Of a DNA stretch of 64,000 nt, positions 12,911-26,859 are shown one piece after another. The notes beneath the pieces are model-generated. The model was not told where the DNA came from. It ran no database searches and saw nothing but the letters and a program-made list of their open reading frames with translations. Made by a program: the position numbers and the translations under genes. The stretch comes from Nemertoderma westbladi (lineage: Eukaryota > Animalia > Xenacoelomorpha). The DNA is taken from positions 1 through 64,000 of the forward strand of contig JAUCBJ010002740.1 of assembly GCA_032718475.1 (NCBI GenBank), read 5' to 3'. Every line of letters starts with the position of its first letter. Position 1 is the stretch's first letter.

Positions 12911-13325
12911 AATTAGGCCTATCTCTGAATGACTTTTTTTTCACACGAAAAATACTACTCCTCCGCCATTTCTTATCACTTTTTGTGATACGCTTTAGCT
13001 TTAATAAACGTCGACAACTTTTATTATTTCAGAATATTTCCCCATTTTTTGTAAGAAAAAACATAAAAAAACGTGGATTTTAACAATTTTTTAAGAATTT
13101 AGATTTTTTTTAATTGCCAATTACCGGTATCAGAAATAGAAAATGAAAATGAAAATAAAAAATGTGGTCATAGAATATGATGAAAATGAACATGCTAGTT
13201 CCAAAAAATTTGGTACCGGTAGGCCTATTGAAAAATATAAATGGAAAATAACGGAGTTAGTCTTTTTAGCGAAATTTTTGAAATCTCACGCAAGCCGCTA
13301 GCACTAGGGGGCGCTTAAAATTCTG

Positions 13326-13476
13326 TTTCAAATTTGGAATTTCATGCAATCTCATCTGCTCATTACTGCATTAAGATTTGTAGAAGAATTGGAGCCCCCC
13401 CCCCCCCCCCCCCCCCTCCAATTATTCTACAAATCTTAATGGGCAGATGAGATTGCATGAAATTCCAAATTTGAAA
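13326..13476. repeat. Fold-back inverted repeat (~60-bp arms) around a poly-C loop
   Basis: tttcaaatttggaatttcatgcaatctcatctgc...ttaagatttgtagaagaattggag, then poly-C, then ctccaattattctacaaatcttaatgggcagatgagattgcatgaaattccaaatttgaaa. Confidence 0.85.
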
Positions 13477-14374
13477 TATGGGGCAGGTACGGTTACGGTA
13501 GGCCTACCTGAATAACGACACTATATTCCAGGACATGGTGTACAATAAATTAACGAACTAACTATGAGCCGGTTGCAAAAATAAGACTGTCAGACTGTGT
13601 CTGTAACCTAATAATAACCAATCAGCCAATGCTGCAATTTCTATGTCGGTATGTTCCTGACTCCTGAGTTAACGTTTATTATTTTGATTCAGCAAGTTAT
13701 TTTGATTTTGATTCATTTTGATTTTGATACAGCTGTAACTGGTAACCTGCTTCTTTCCATTAATGATAAAATATAAAGTAGTTTCCATTACCGGTATTGC
13801 TGGATTTGGTTAGAACTTAGAACTTGGAAATATCCACCACACCCGCACCACCCTCCCGTCACTGTCTGACAGTCTGACTGTAAGTATAACCCGCTCCTTT
13901 TCCTTAAATTAAGAAATGGAAATACTGAAATACAGTTTCGTTATTCGTTTATGGTACAGGCTGACAGGTACGGTATTATTATGTCATATGTTTGGAAATT
14001 CTGAAATTGGTTTCAAAAAATTACCGGTCGCCTACTGCAGTACTGCTGACTGCCTATGAAAATATCTAGGCGGAAGGAAGGTAGCGGTCAGCCGGTAGGG
14101 CCTATAAAAAAATTCTTGATTAAACAATTGTTTTGACTTCTTGGCACTTCTGCACTTGGCAGCTTGGTGCTTGGTTTCGCTTGAGCACTGCTAAAAAAAA
14201 ATCGATTAAATTAAAAAAAATAACATGATGCAGTGATGGTTTCTGGTTTCATTTGAGGTTGAATACCGGTCAGCCGGTAAACTCACTAAAAAACAAAATA
14301 TGAAATCACGGGCAGACGGGTCCACTCGTCCGCATATGCAGATATGTGACATTTGACATTCCCAGAGTCTCAGC

Positions 14375-15117
14375 CAGGGATGGCAAAAACCATGGTTTTT
14401 TTTAAAAAAATTTTTGGTTTTGGTTTTATTGTTTGGTTTTTTATGGTTTTTTTCGTTTTTTTATGGTTTTTCTGTGGTTTAAATATATCCAATACCGTAC
14501 AGCAATACATACAAATGTAGGGCCTACGTACAACAGTCTGACAGTACTGCAGTACAACCCTTGCGCTTGCCCAATAGACTGATAGAACAAAATACTGGAA
14601 TAACTGAATACCGGTAAGGCCACATACAGTATGCTGGTTTGATATTGATAATACGCCAGCAAAGCGAGCAAAACCTTTTCATTAACATTGCAAAATGAAC
14701 AGATGAAAAAGAAACACGAGCAAAACTCAAAGTGAGAGAAATTTGTTCATTCTAATCTAACAGCTGAACAGTGCAAAATGACTGAATGATAAGATAAAGA
14801 AACGCGAGCAAAACTCATAGTCATAAGTGAGCGAAATTTTTTCCTTCTAACAGTGCAAAATAAAAAAAAAAGAAACGAGAGCAAAACTCAAAGTGAGCGA
14901 AATTTTCTCATTCTAACAGTCTGACAGTGCAAAATGAAAAAGAAACGCGACTACCAGTTTGCTTTATATTATTTACAGTGTTACCGTAATTGTAAAATTT
15001 TATGAAAAACCATAAAAAACCATAAAAAACCAATTTTTTCGCCTTTTTTTAAAAGTTGGTTAAACCAAAAAACCATAAAAACCCAATGGTGAGAAAAACC
15101 ATTGGTTGCCAACCCTG
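14375..15117 (+). mobile_element. hAT-superfamily MITE, copy 1
   Basis: TIRs cagggatggcaa / ttgccaaccctg; perfect 8-bp TSD gtctcagc (14367-14374 and 15118-15125). Confidence 0.92.
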
Positions 15118-15166
15118 GTCTCAGCAGAAAGGTGTGTTTTACGTCAGTACCTACGTACCCCGGTAC

Positions 15167-16153
15167 CAGGGATGGCAAAAACCATGGTTTTTTGAAAAAA
15201 AATTTTTGGTTTTGGTTTTATTGTTTGGTTTTTTATGGTTTTTTTCGGTTTTTTATGGTTTTTTATGGTTTTTCTGTGGTTTAATTAAATCCAATACAGC
15301 AATACATACAAATGTAGGGCCTACATACAGACATACAACAGTCTGACAGTACAACCCTTGCGCTTGCCCAATACAGCAATACAATAGACTGATAGAACAA
15401 AATACTGGAATAACTGAATAAGGCCACATACAGTATGCTGGTTTGAAGCGTTTCTTCTGCTGTTCTGTTCTGTCCTTACTCCAGTACTCTCATCCAACCC
15501 ATCAGCTCAGCCCATGTCAGCATGCGACAAAATACTAACACAGTAACAACATACCAGCATACAACGTAAATATACATACCAACGTCCAGACGTCTGCACT
15601 GCTCCACTGCACGCCAGGCTGCAAACCACCACTGACTGACTGAACCGCGCACAACGCCTGCGTACAATTTTTCAGCCCCGCACTGCCGCAATATTGGACA
15701 ATACAGCAATATACCTACTGCGCATGCACCGAAAAAAAACGCGCACACCACATTTTAACAATGTAAACGAGAAACATACGCCAGCGAAGCGAGCAAAACC
15801 TTTTCATTAACATTGCAAAATGAATGAACAGATGAAAAAGAAACGCGAGCAAAACTCAAAGTGAGAGAAATTTGTCCATTCTAACAGCTGAACAGTGCAC
15901 AGTGCAAAATGTAAGATAAAGAAACGCGAGCAAAACTCAAAGTGAGCGAAAATTTTTCCTTCTAACAGTGCAAAATGAAAAAGAAACGCGACTACCAGTC
16001 TGCTTTATATTATTTACAGCGTTAATTGTAAAATTTTATGAAAAACCATAAAAAACCATAAAAAACCAATTTTTTCGCCTTTTTTTAAAAGTTGGTTAAA
16101 CCAAAAAACCATAAAAAACCAATGGTGAGAAAAACCATTGGTTGCCAACCCTG
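15167..16153 (+). mobile_element. hAT-superfamily MITE, copy 2 (longer)
   Basis: Same TIRs; perfect 8-bp TSD cccggtac (15159-15166 and 16154-16161); extra ~330-bp internal segment (~15446-15775). Confidence 0.92.
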
Positions 16154-18744
16154 CCCGGTACTAACGTAAGAAACAACAAACAGCGATATCCGGTACCGGT
16201 AGTTTCTTCCTACAGTCCTACGCTACGGAAATGATAGTACAGTAGTATCCCTGTATCCTGGTATCATTTGAGTATTACTGTCTTAGGCAGTTAGGCCTAC
16301 CGCTGTACCGGTAGGCAGGTAGGCCTACAGCTGTACAGTATTACTGTATTAACCACTACCAGACTACTCACTACAGCACTAGGCAGCTAGGCCTACCCAC
16401 TACCAATTACCGGACCGGTCTGCCGGTAAATACAGTACAGCAGTACCTACAGTAATAAACAACATAATTAACATTCTATTGCTGTACCCGTCAGCGCGTC
16501 AGCCCGTATTGTTGAAAAAGCGGGCAGCTAGCTGCATCAGTCTGCTTATTTTATAAATCTTTCCATACCCTGTGTAGCAATTGTTCACTGTTGTTTGTTA
16601 GCTAATTGGCTAAAAATATTTTTTTAATGAAGGGATTCCTATTACCTGAGTGGCTGACTTCTGAGTTGAGGAAATTTTTTAACTTCAACATCTAAGCGCT
16701 AACTAGTACTCATTGCACAATAATTCACAAGAATGCTGAATTCGAGGTGGTGAGTGGTTCCATAATAATCATGCTTTCTCTATGAGTAATAAATTAATTT
16801 TATTTAAACTACCTAATTGATATCTAAAGATAACAGAGCGACACGATGAGCTTTGGTTTAAAGACCAAATCGGTATTATGGTCAAACTTTACACTTGACA
16901 AACATCCTAGCTATTATTACATTATTATTATCAAAATTATCTGTTGATTCCCCACACATTTGTTATGGGTTGGGTTTAATGGCTTATAAATTGGCAAATG
17001 TGGGCCATTAACCCGATGTGTTAACACTTCCATTCATATTCTCCCTTATGTATCGGTTAGATTTGCAATTTTCGGTGGTTAATCAGTGCATATGAATCAA
17101 TTGCGTGAGCCTGAGCATTTCCAAAATTGTCCAAAAAGTGTACCATACTTAACGGAGGTTTTTTGTAAGAAAATGTGAACTGATGCAGATTTAGATCACC
17201 ATTTCTTAGATATTTTGTTGCCATGTATGGGTTGTATCATTGAGATTGCTACGTCAAAATTTATTTGGCCAGTTCGAAAAAACGGTTATATCCCATAACG
17301 GGACGGATGTCCCATACTTGACATTGTGTTGGGTTAGAAGTAAATTATGGTCTAAACAATGAATTACTTAATTTAATTAATGGTTTGGGGCTTACCAGTC
17401 ACAGATAAACTGTAACCAGGCTCCTTCCCCTTAATTGACAACAGAGCAAATTAACTATTTGTGTAAATTATTATTATTATTCATTTTAATCCGGATAATA
17501 TAGTAAAATAATACACATTATCCATATTCTAATTACGTCCTAAAATTAACCTAGTGATTATAATGTAATTAAGTATTATAAGCACAGAAATAATGAATAT
17601 TAGTATAACTATGCAATCTTGCATTGACCGCATTCTGGAACAGTGCTGCGTTCCCACGACAACTGTTGTAATTACTTTGGTTAGGAAAGGGTTTTGAAAT
17701 TGGGACAATAGTTGAGAATGGGATGAATGTTGGGAATGGAAAAGGAGTTTGCAGTGGGATGGACGATAAACTGGATTGAATTGAATTGAATTGAACTGGA
17801 TCAAAAATTTTGTGTATCACATTGTTATTAACTGGAAAAAAAATATTTAGCCCCACTTTTCACGTCAAAGTTTCCCATAAAGTGAAACTTTATGTTGTCA
17901 CTGCACTGGTTTAAAAATTTCTTATCCGTGACAGAATTTTAAATTTTTTTATCACTAGAAAACTTTCTAGTTTATTCTGATATCTCTTGCCGGATACCTC
18001 AATACCGCCATTAAACTATTGACACTTCCAATTTTCAAGAATATTGACATGAAGTACGAAAAAAAATTGGTATAAATTTCCTATACGTGAAAAAATTCAT
18101 GCATTTAGGAATCTTTCTCTCAATAACGGCCAATAAATTTTTGGGGCACTTTCTGGTTTCATATGGAGAAATTATCATTCTTTCTAAAAATCAATATGGC
18201 GAATTCTCAAAGTTAATTTCAAAATCCGACAAATCTCAAAAATCACGTACGGGACGCAGGTCAATATGGTTGGCATTGACCCATATATTTATTTATGTAA
18301 AATGTTCTAGAGGAAATTATTTTTGTTCCATTCTTTAAAAGATCTAAAGTGATACAGTATAAAAAACAACTTCGTTTGTAAATGATAACGAACATGTTCT
18401 CTGGAAGGGTACAATAGAGAAGTAGCTTAAAGCAGGTACGCGCGCGATGGTTGAGATTTACACCAGATTATTCGATAGCTATTTAAACTTACTTACGTAT
18501 AAATCACACTTTCTAGTCTCCAGTGGGGCGAGCCACGAAGTTGGCGGAGCCTTAGCGAACTGACACTGTTAGGGGGTGGATAAATTTTTGAAAATAGTTG
18601 AAATTGTCGTTGTCATCGTCATCGCTACGATTTTGACATACTAATAACTTTGTCGGATTTAAATCTGTCGAGTTAAGAATTTGTAGTCATCAATAGGACC
18701 AAAAGATTAGATTTTTAAGAGACTTTTAGACACTATTAGTTCAA

Positions 18745-19355
18745 CAGTGTCCAGCTAGAGGGCTACATGTCTAAACAATAAATTTCCTCCCATTGCTTTG
18801 CTTTTACTTCGTTCAAGCTGAACCTTGTCAGATATGATGTAGACCATTAGCTGTTTCTTGCCCAAAGAAGGATAATCCGTCTGCAGTTTAGCAGTCTACC
18901 GCTAGAGGGAGGAATGTCTGTAAGTGGAATTCTTTATTTATAATCGGTTCGAGCTGAAACTTGCCATATATGCATTAGAACACAACCTGCGTCTTTGTGG
19001 GGCCTGTAATCGATCTGCACTTCTCCAGTCTGCCGCTAAAGAATATAGAAATAGAAATAAAATGAAATAGAAATAGAAAATTTATAAAAAGTGACAACCT
19101 TCCCTATTTCGTTGATCTTCATCTGTTTAAGTTGAATATTGGAGTATATGTATTTGACCACATGTTGCATCTTATTGAGAAATGTGGTCGGCCTGCGTTC
19201 TCCAGTCTGCCGCTAGATGGCGATATGTCTGAAAGTGAAAACATTCTTCATTTTCGTTATTTATTATCCTTTCAAGTTGAATCCTCCATACTCCTCCGCA
19301 TGCTGCATCTTGGTGGGGACGCTAATACACCTGCAGTTTTCCAGTTTATCACTAA
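18745..19355 (+). repeat. Dispersed repeat with ~140-150-bp subunits carrying ccgctagagggcg-like motifs; relatives at ~20640-20850 (-) and ~35930-36480 (+)
   Basis: Recurring ctgcagttctccagtctgccgctag(a/g)(g/t)ggcga and aagctgaa(a/c)cttg blocks. Confidence 0.6.
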
Positions 19356-19795
19356 TGGATGTTAATGGGGGTTTACTGTGTAATGGATGTTAATGGGGGT
19401 TTACTGTGTATGGATGTTAATGTGGGTTTACTGTGTATGGATGTTAATGTGGGTTTACTGTGTAATGAATGTTAATGGGGGTTTACTGTGTATGGATGTT
19501 AATGTGGGTTTACTAGCAAATGTCATGGGTGATAGGGAGTTGTGGCGGTGCAATTTTGTTGACAAGCCGGCACAGCATTCTTAAAAATGCAGCTGCAATG
19601 CAGCATGCCGATCCTAGTAGGGTTTACTGTGTAATGAATGTTAATGGGGGTTTACTGTGTATGGATGTTAATGTGGGTTTACTGTGTAATGAATGTTAAT
19701 GGGGGTTTACTGTGTAATGGATGTTAATGGGGGTTTACTGTGTATGGTTGTTAATGGGGGTTTACTGTGTAATGGATGTTAATGGGGGTTTACTG
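19356..19795. repeat. ~30-bp minisatellite (atggatgttaatgggggtttactgtgta), interrupted
   Basis: About 11 copies in two blocks, seen directly. Confidence 0.9.
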
Positions 19796-21198
19796 CATCA
19801 TGTATGCATCCTACACAATTTTCGTGATGATTGATCAACTTCTGGTTGAACTAAACAGTTGATTCTATCTAGGCTCATTCGAAACCCAATGACCGACTTT
19901 CAAAATCGGATTTAATGAAATAAATTCTTGAAATATTGCCCGAAAAGATCTGGGCAGGGCCTATACATAGATATCACCAATGCTTAGTTCATGATTCAAT
20001 CTAAAGATTTTGTACAAAATGTCGATAAATATTCTCTAATTTTTTGTATTTATGGTAAGGTACTAATGGTACACGAATACATGGTCTGCACAGGGACGGA
20101 TTATGGCATTCACCACTTAAAAAATATGCTAGGCCTATATAAATAATGCCATACCGGTAACTATTTCTTGAAACAAGTCAAAACAATTTTTGCGGAATAT
20201 TCCTCTCGGCCTACATACATAATTCTGCAAACAGAACGAATATCGGTTGAGTAGTTAAAAAGTAGATAGAGAAAGTGTCCCAAAAAAGCCAAGGCGAGAA
20301 AAATGACATTTCAATTTCCTCTTGATTACAACTGAACAAAAATAACTCTAGAACTAAACAACTTATCGAAAAACTGATTTCAGATTCGGAATTACCACCC
20401 CACACCCCCCCCCCCCCCCCCCCCCCTAATGGGCCCTTCTATTTTGTTTCAAATGGAAACAAATGGTTAATGTTAAATTAATTTGTTTATGTTAAATGGT
20501 ATCAAACCTCTGCAAATTATGTCCCGGGCAGCTGTAGGTACATACATAAGTCCTCTGGGCTCTTACTGCTGAAGCCACGAGATCCCTTGAAGGTATTGTA
20601 CATACACCACGACTCCATTGCCTAGTAACCAATTCATAGCTACTGTATGGTTTTCACTTGAGATATTTCGCCCTCTAGCGGCAGCCTTCTGAACTTCAGA
20701 CTACTCTGTGACTCCGTGAAAGATATAGCCTATGATATAGTAGATGCCTACCGAGTTTAAACCTAATCGGAATGAAAATAACAAAGTTAGAAAATATGTT
20801 AATTTTCAGATAATACGCCCTCTAGCGGCAGACTATGGTACTGCAGGCGGCTGGATATAGGTAAGAGTAATTAGTAATCAGAGGTATCACGAAAGGGGGG
20901 CGGGGCGTTTGGATCCAAATATTATTAAAAACCTGTTGCTTGGTTAAAGCTAATTGGGGGTCAAAAGTCAACAATAAAGCTGTCTGGCTATAGATAAGAG
21001 TAATTAGTTACCAGTAAGGGAGCTGTATACCCTAGGGCTAAGTATAACGAGATGAAAGTTAATGAGGTCATTTAGAAAGTAATATATAAACTAATTAATG
21101 GTAAATCTAAAAATAGAAATAAATTGAATAAATTAAAATGAAATACAAATAAATAAGTATCAATAAATAAAAGAGCTGAGGTGTCACTTATGACACCC

Positions 21199-21485
21199 TC
21201 TTGGGCAGCTTTGTGAGAGCACTGATGACCATTGCGTGTCAGTGCGCTAATCAGTCTGATTAATTAGGATAATCAATTAAACCCTAATTAGAAGTCATAA
21301 GACACCTATTAGGGTTTAATTGTACTAATTAATTGATGACACCTGTCAATTATGGTCTAATTAGCCTAATTAGGAGGTGGCACCCAGACAGTCTGGCGCC
21401 AATGACACCCATAGGGTGATAAAAGGGTGTCATATGATACCCAATGGGTGTCAGTGGGGTCTAACTGTCACAAAGCCGCCCAAGA
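21199..21485. mobile_element. Short inverted-repeat element (MITE-like) with internal tgacacc/ggtgtca motifs
   Basis: tcttgggcagctttgtga (21199) versus tcacaaagccgcccaaga (21468-21485). Confidence 0.55.
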
Positions 21486-22094
21486 CTCTACTACTAACGT
21501 CTATAGTTAGAAACTGGTCTTGGTAATATACAGGTAGATGAATTGGGGAATTACATATGGCTGATCGCGAAGTGTGAAGGTGTAGTTTTAAGGGTGCGGC
21601 CGATTATCGATCCCAGTTACGAGGCCAATGTATGTAGGTATCTGTAGACTGGCTCAATGAAATTTAACTAATAATAACAGTTGATTTTCACAACGTTTTT
21701 GATGGACGCTTTTTGATGATAGAACGACGGCAGATGACAGTTTCCCAGGATGAAGTAAGCAAGCTTAACATACCGATACCATTATTTCATCCGTTGCCAT
21801 GTGCAAGATTCAAGGATGAAGCCCATTTTCTAATAATCGTAAGCCTTTTCTACGTATTAGTCATCATCTGGTACTTTACATAGACCTAAGCTTACTACGA
21901 TGACAATAAAATTTTACATCCGAACATACGAATCTATCATTTGTATTGTACAAGAGATTATAGTAGGATTAACATCTGGTGTATTGTAGGATTATACACA
22001 AGAGATAGGTGGAACGATGAAAAATAGTTCACTTTGTCTTATTTTGATATCGGCGTTGTTGTCAGAAAACCAAAGGTAAGTTCTCCAAATGTAA

Positions 22095-25000
22095 TTTTCA
22101 CTTCCCACAGAAATGCTGTCATTTATGTGAGTTCTTTTTCACTTCCCTCAGAAATGCTGCCATTTCTGTTGGGTTCTTTTTCACTTCCCACATAAATACT
22201 GTCAGTTCTGTGGGTTCTTTTTCACATCGATCGTAAATGCTGTCTTTTCTGTGGGTTCTTTTTCACTTTGATCAGAAATGACGTCACTTCTGTTTTATTT
22301 TTGCCATTTATGAGGGTTCTTTTTCACTTCCCTCAGAAATGCTGTCATTTATGTGGGTTCTTTGTCACTTCATTCGGAAATGCTCTCATTTCTCTGGGTT
22401 CTTTTTCACTTCCATCAGAAATATCAGAAATGCTGCCATTTCTGTGGGTTATTTTTCACTTATATCAAAAATGCTGCCATTTCTGAGTGTTCTTTATCAC
22501 TTCCCTCAGAAATGCTGTCTTTTCTGTGGGTTCTTTTTCACTTTGATCAGAAATGACGTCATTTCTGTGGGTTCTTTTTCACTTCCCTCAGAAATGCTCT
22601 CATTTAGGAGGGTTATTTTTCACTTATATCAGAAATGCTGTCATTTCTGTGGTTTCTTTTTTACTTCCCTTAGAATGCTATCATTTCTGTGGGCTCTTTT
22701 TCATTTCCCTCAAAAATGCTGCCATTTCTGAGGGTTCTTCTTCACTTCCCTCCGAAATGCTGTCATTTCTGCGGGTTCTCTTTCACTTATATCAGAAATG
22801 CTGTCATTTCTGTGGTTTCTTTTTTACTTCCCTTAGAAATGCTATCATTTCTGTGGGCTCTTTTTCATTTCCCTCAAAAATGCTGCCATTTCTGAGGGTT
22901 CTTCTTCACCTCCCTCCGAAATGCTGTCATTTCTGAGGGTTCTTTTTCACTTCACTCAGAAATACTCTCATTTCTGTGGTTTCTTTTTTACTTCCCTTAG
23001 AAATGCTATCATTTCTGTGGGCTCTTTTTCATTTCCCTCAAAAATGCTGCCATTTCTGAGGGTTCTTTTTCACTTCACTCAGAAATACTCTCATTTCTGT
23101 GGGTTCTTTTCACTTCCCTCAGAAATGCTCTCATTTCTCTGGGATCTTTTTCACTTCCCTCAGAAATGCTGTCATTTCTGTTGGGTTCTTTTTCACTTCC
23201 CACATAAATGCTGTCAGTTCTGTGGGTTCTTTTTCATTTCCCTCAAAAATGCTGCCATTTCTGAGGGTTCTTTTTCACTTCCCACAGAAATGCTCTCATT
23301 TCTGTGGGTTCTCTTTCACTTCGATCTGAAATGCTGTCATTTATGTGGACTCTTTTTCACTTCCCTCAGAAATGCTGTCATTTCTGTTGGGTTCTTTTTC
23401 ACTTCCCACAGAAATGCTCTCATTTCTGTGGGTTCTCTTTCACTTCGATCTGAAATGCTGTCATTTATGTGGACTCTTTTTCACTTCCCTCAGAAATGCT
23501 GTCATTTCTGTTGGGTTCTTTTTCACTTCCCACATAAATGCTGTCAGTTCTGTGGGTTCTTTTTCATTTCCCTCAAAAATGCTGCCATTTCTGAGGGTTC
23601 TTTTTCACTTCCCACAGAAATGCTCTCATTTCTGTGGGTTCTCTTTCACTTCGATCTGAAATGCTGTCATTTATGTGGACTCTTTTTCACTTCCCTCAGA
23701 AATGCTGTCATTTCTGTTGGGTTCTTTTTCACTTCCCACAGAAATGCTCTCATTTCTGTGGGTTCTCTTTCACTTCGATCTGAAATGCTGTCATTTATGT
23801 GGACTCTTTTTCACTTCCCTCAGAAATGCTGTCATTTCTGTTGGGTTCTTTTTCACTTCCCACATAAATGCTGTCAGTTCTGTGGGTTCTTTTTCACATC
23901 GATCGTAAATGCTGTCTTTTCTGTGGGTTCTTTTTCACTTTGATCAGAAATGACGTCACTTCTGTTTTATTTTTGCCATTTATGAGGGTTCTTTTTCACT
24001 TCCCTCAGAAATGCTGTCATTTATGTGGGTTCTTTGTCACTTCATTCGGAAATGCTCTCATTTCTCTGGGTTCTTTTTCACTTCCCACATAAATGCTGTC
24101 AGTTCTGTGGGTTCTTTTTCACATCGATCGTAAATGCTGTCTTTTCTGTGGGTTCTTTTTCACTTTGATCAGAAATGACGTCACTTCTGTTTTATTTTTG
24201 CCATTTATGAGGGTTCTTTTTCACTTCCCTCAGAAATGCTGTCATTTATGTGGGTTCTTTGTCACTTCATTCGGAAATGCTCTCATTTCTCTGGGTTCTT
24301 TTTCACTTCCCACATAAATGCTGTCAGTTCTGTGGGTTCTTTTTCACATCGATCGTAAATGCTGTCTTTTCTGTGGGTTCTTTTTCACTTTGATCAGAAA
24401 TGACGTCACTTCTGTTTTATTTTTGCCATTTATGAGGGTTCTTTTTCACTTCCCTCAGAAATGCTGTCATTTATGTGGGTTCTTTGTCACTTCATTCGGA
24501 AATGCTCTCATTTCTCTGGGTTCTTTTTCACTTCCCACATAAATGCTGTCAGTTCTGTGGGTTCTTTTTCACATCGATCGTAAATGCTGTCTTTTCTGTG
24601 GGTTCTTTTTCACTTTGATCAGAAATGACGTCACTTCTGTTTTATTTTTGCCATTTATGAGGGTTCTTTTTCACTTCCCTCAGAAATGCTGTCATTTATG
24701 TGGGTTCTTTGTCACTTCATTCGGAAATGCTCTCATTTCTCTGGGTTCTTTTTCACTTCCCACATAAATGCTGTCAGTTCTGTGGGTTCTTTTTCACATC
24801 GATCGTAAATGCTGTCTTTTCTGTGGGTTCTTTTTCACTTTGATCAGAAATGACGTCACTTCTGTTTTATTTTTGCCATTTATGAGGGTTCTTTTTCACT
24901 TCCCTCAGAAATGCTGTCATTTATGTGGGTTCTTTGTCACTTCATTCGGAAATGCTCTCATTTCTCTGGGTTCTTTTTCACTTCCCACATAAATGCTGTC

Positions 25001-26836
25001 AGTTCTGTGGGTTCTTTTTCACATCGATCGTAAATGCTGTCTTTTCTGTGGGTTCTTTTTCACTTTGATCAGAAATGACGTCACTTCTGTTTTATTTTTG
25101 CCATTTATGAGGGTTCTTTTTCACTTCCCTCAGAAATGCTGTCATTTATGTGGGTTCTTTGTCACTTCATTCGGAAATGCTCTCATTTCTCTGGGTTCTT
25201 TTTCACTTCCCACATAAATGCTGTCAGTTCTGTGGGTTCTTTTTCACATCGATCGTAAATGCTGTCTTTTCTGTGGGTTCTTTTTCACTTTGATCAGAAA
25301 TGACGTCACTTCTGTTTTATTTTTGCCATTTATGTGGGTTCTTTGTCACTTCATTCGGAAATGCTCTCATTTCTCTGGGTTCTTTTTCACTTCCATCAGA
25401 AATATCAGAAATGCTGCCATTTCTGTGGGTTATTTTTCACTTATATCAAAAATGCTGCCATTTCTGAGTGTTCTTTATCACTTCCCTCAGAAATGCTGTC
25501 TTTTCTGTGGGTTCTTTTTCACTTTGATCAGAAATGACGTCATTTCTGTGGGTTCTTTTTCACTTCCCTCAGAAATGCTGTCATTTATGTGGGTTCTTTG
25601 TCACTTCATTCGGAAATGCTCTCATTTCTCTGGGTTCTTTTTCACTTCCATCAGAAATATCAGAAATGCTGCCATTTCTGTGGGTTATTTTTCACTTATA
25701 TCAAAAATGCTGCCATTTCTGAGTGTTCTTTATCACTTCCCTCAGAAATGCTGTCTTTTCTGTGGGTTCTTTTTCACTTTGATCAGAAATGACGTCATTT
25801 CTGTGGGTTCTTTTTCACTTCCCTCAGAAATGCTCTCATTTAGGAGGGTTATTTTTCACTTATATCAGAAATGCTGTCATTTCTGTGGTTTCTTTTTTAC
25901 TTCCCTTAGAAATGCTATCATTTCTGTGGGCTCTTTTTCATTTCCCTCAAAAATGCTGCCATTTCTGAGGGTTCTTCTTCACTTCCCTCCGAAATGCTGT
26001 CATTTCTGAGGGTTCTTTTTCACTTCACTCAGAAATACTCTCATTTCTGTGGTTTCTTTTTTACTTCCCTTAGAAATGCTATCATTTCTGTGGGCTCTTT
26101 TTCATTTCCCTCAAAAATGCTGCCATTTCTGAGGGTTCTTTTTCACTTCACTCAGAAATACTCTCATTTCTGTGGGTTCTTTTCACTTCCCTCAGAAATG
26201 CTCTCATTTCTCTGGGTTCTTTTTCACTTCCCTCAGAAATGCTCTCATATCTGTGGGTTATTTTTCACTTATATCAAAAATGATGCCATTTCTGCGGGTT
26301 CTTTTTCACTTTGATCAGAAATGACGTCATTTCTGTGGGTTCTTTTTCACTTCCCTTAGAAATGCTGTCATTTATGTGGGTTCTTTTTCACTTCCCTCAG
26401 AAATGCTCTCATTTCTGTGCGTTCTTTTTCACTGTGATCTGAAATGCTGTCATTTCTGCGGATTCTCCTTCACTTATATCAGAAATGCTGTCATTTCTGC
26501 GGTTTCTTTTTCACTTCCACTTCCCTCAGAAATACTGCCATATATGAGGGTTCTTTTTCACTTATATCAGAAATGCTGTCATTTCTGTGGTTTCTTTTTC
26601 ACTTCCCTTAGAAATACTATCATTTCTGTGGGTTCTTTGTCACTTCCCTCGGAAATGCTCTCATTTCTCCGGGTTATTTTTCACTTATATCAAAAATGAT
26701 GCCATTTCTGCGGGTTCTTTTTCACTTTGATCAGAAATGACGTCATTTCTGTGGGTTCTTTTTCACTTCCCTTAGAAATGCTGCCATTTCTGAGGGTTCT
26801 TCTTCACTTCCCTCAGAAATGCTGTCATTTCTGTGT
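22095..26836. repeat. 41-bp satellite array A (cacttccctcagaaatgctgtcatttctgtgggttcttttt) with higher-order repeats (225 bp x ~6.5; 330 bp)
   Basis: Unit contains the palindrome agaaatg-nnnn-catttct; identical 74-aa ORFs recur every 225 bp from 23868 to 25218. Confidence 0.97.
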
Positions 26837-26859
26837 GTAGAATTCTGAAGAAATTTTTG

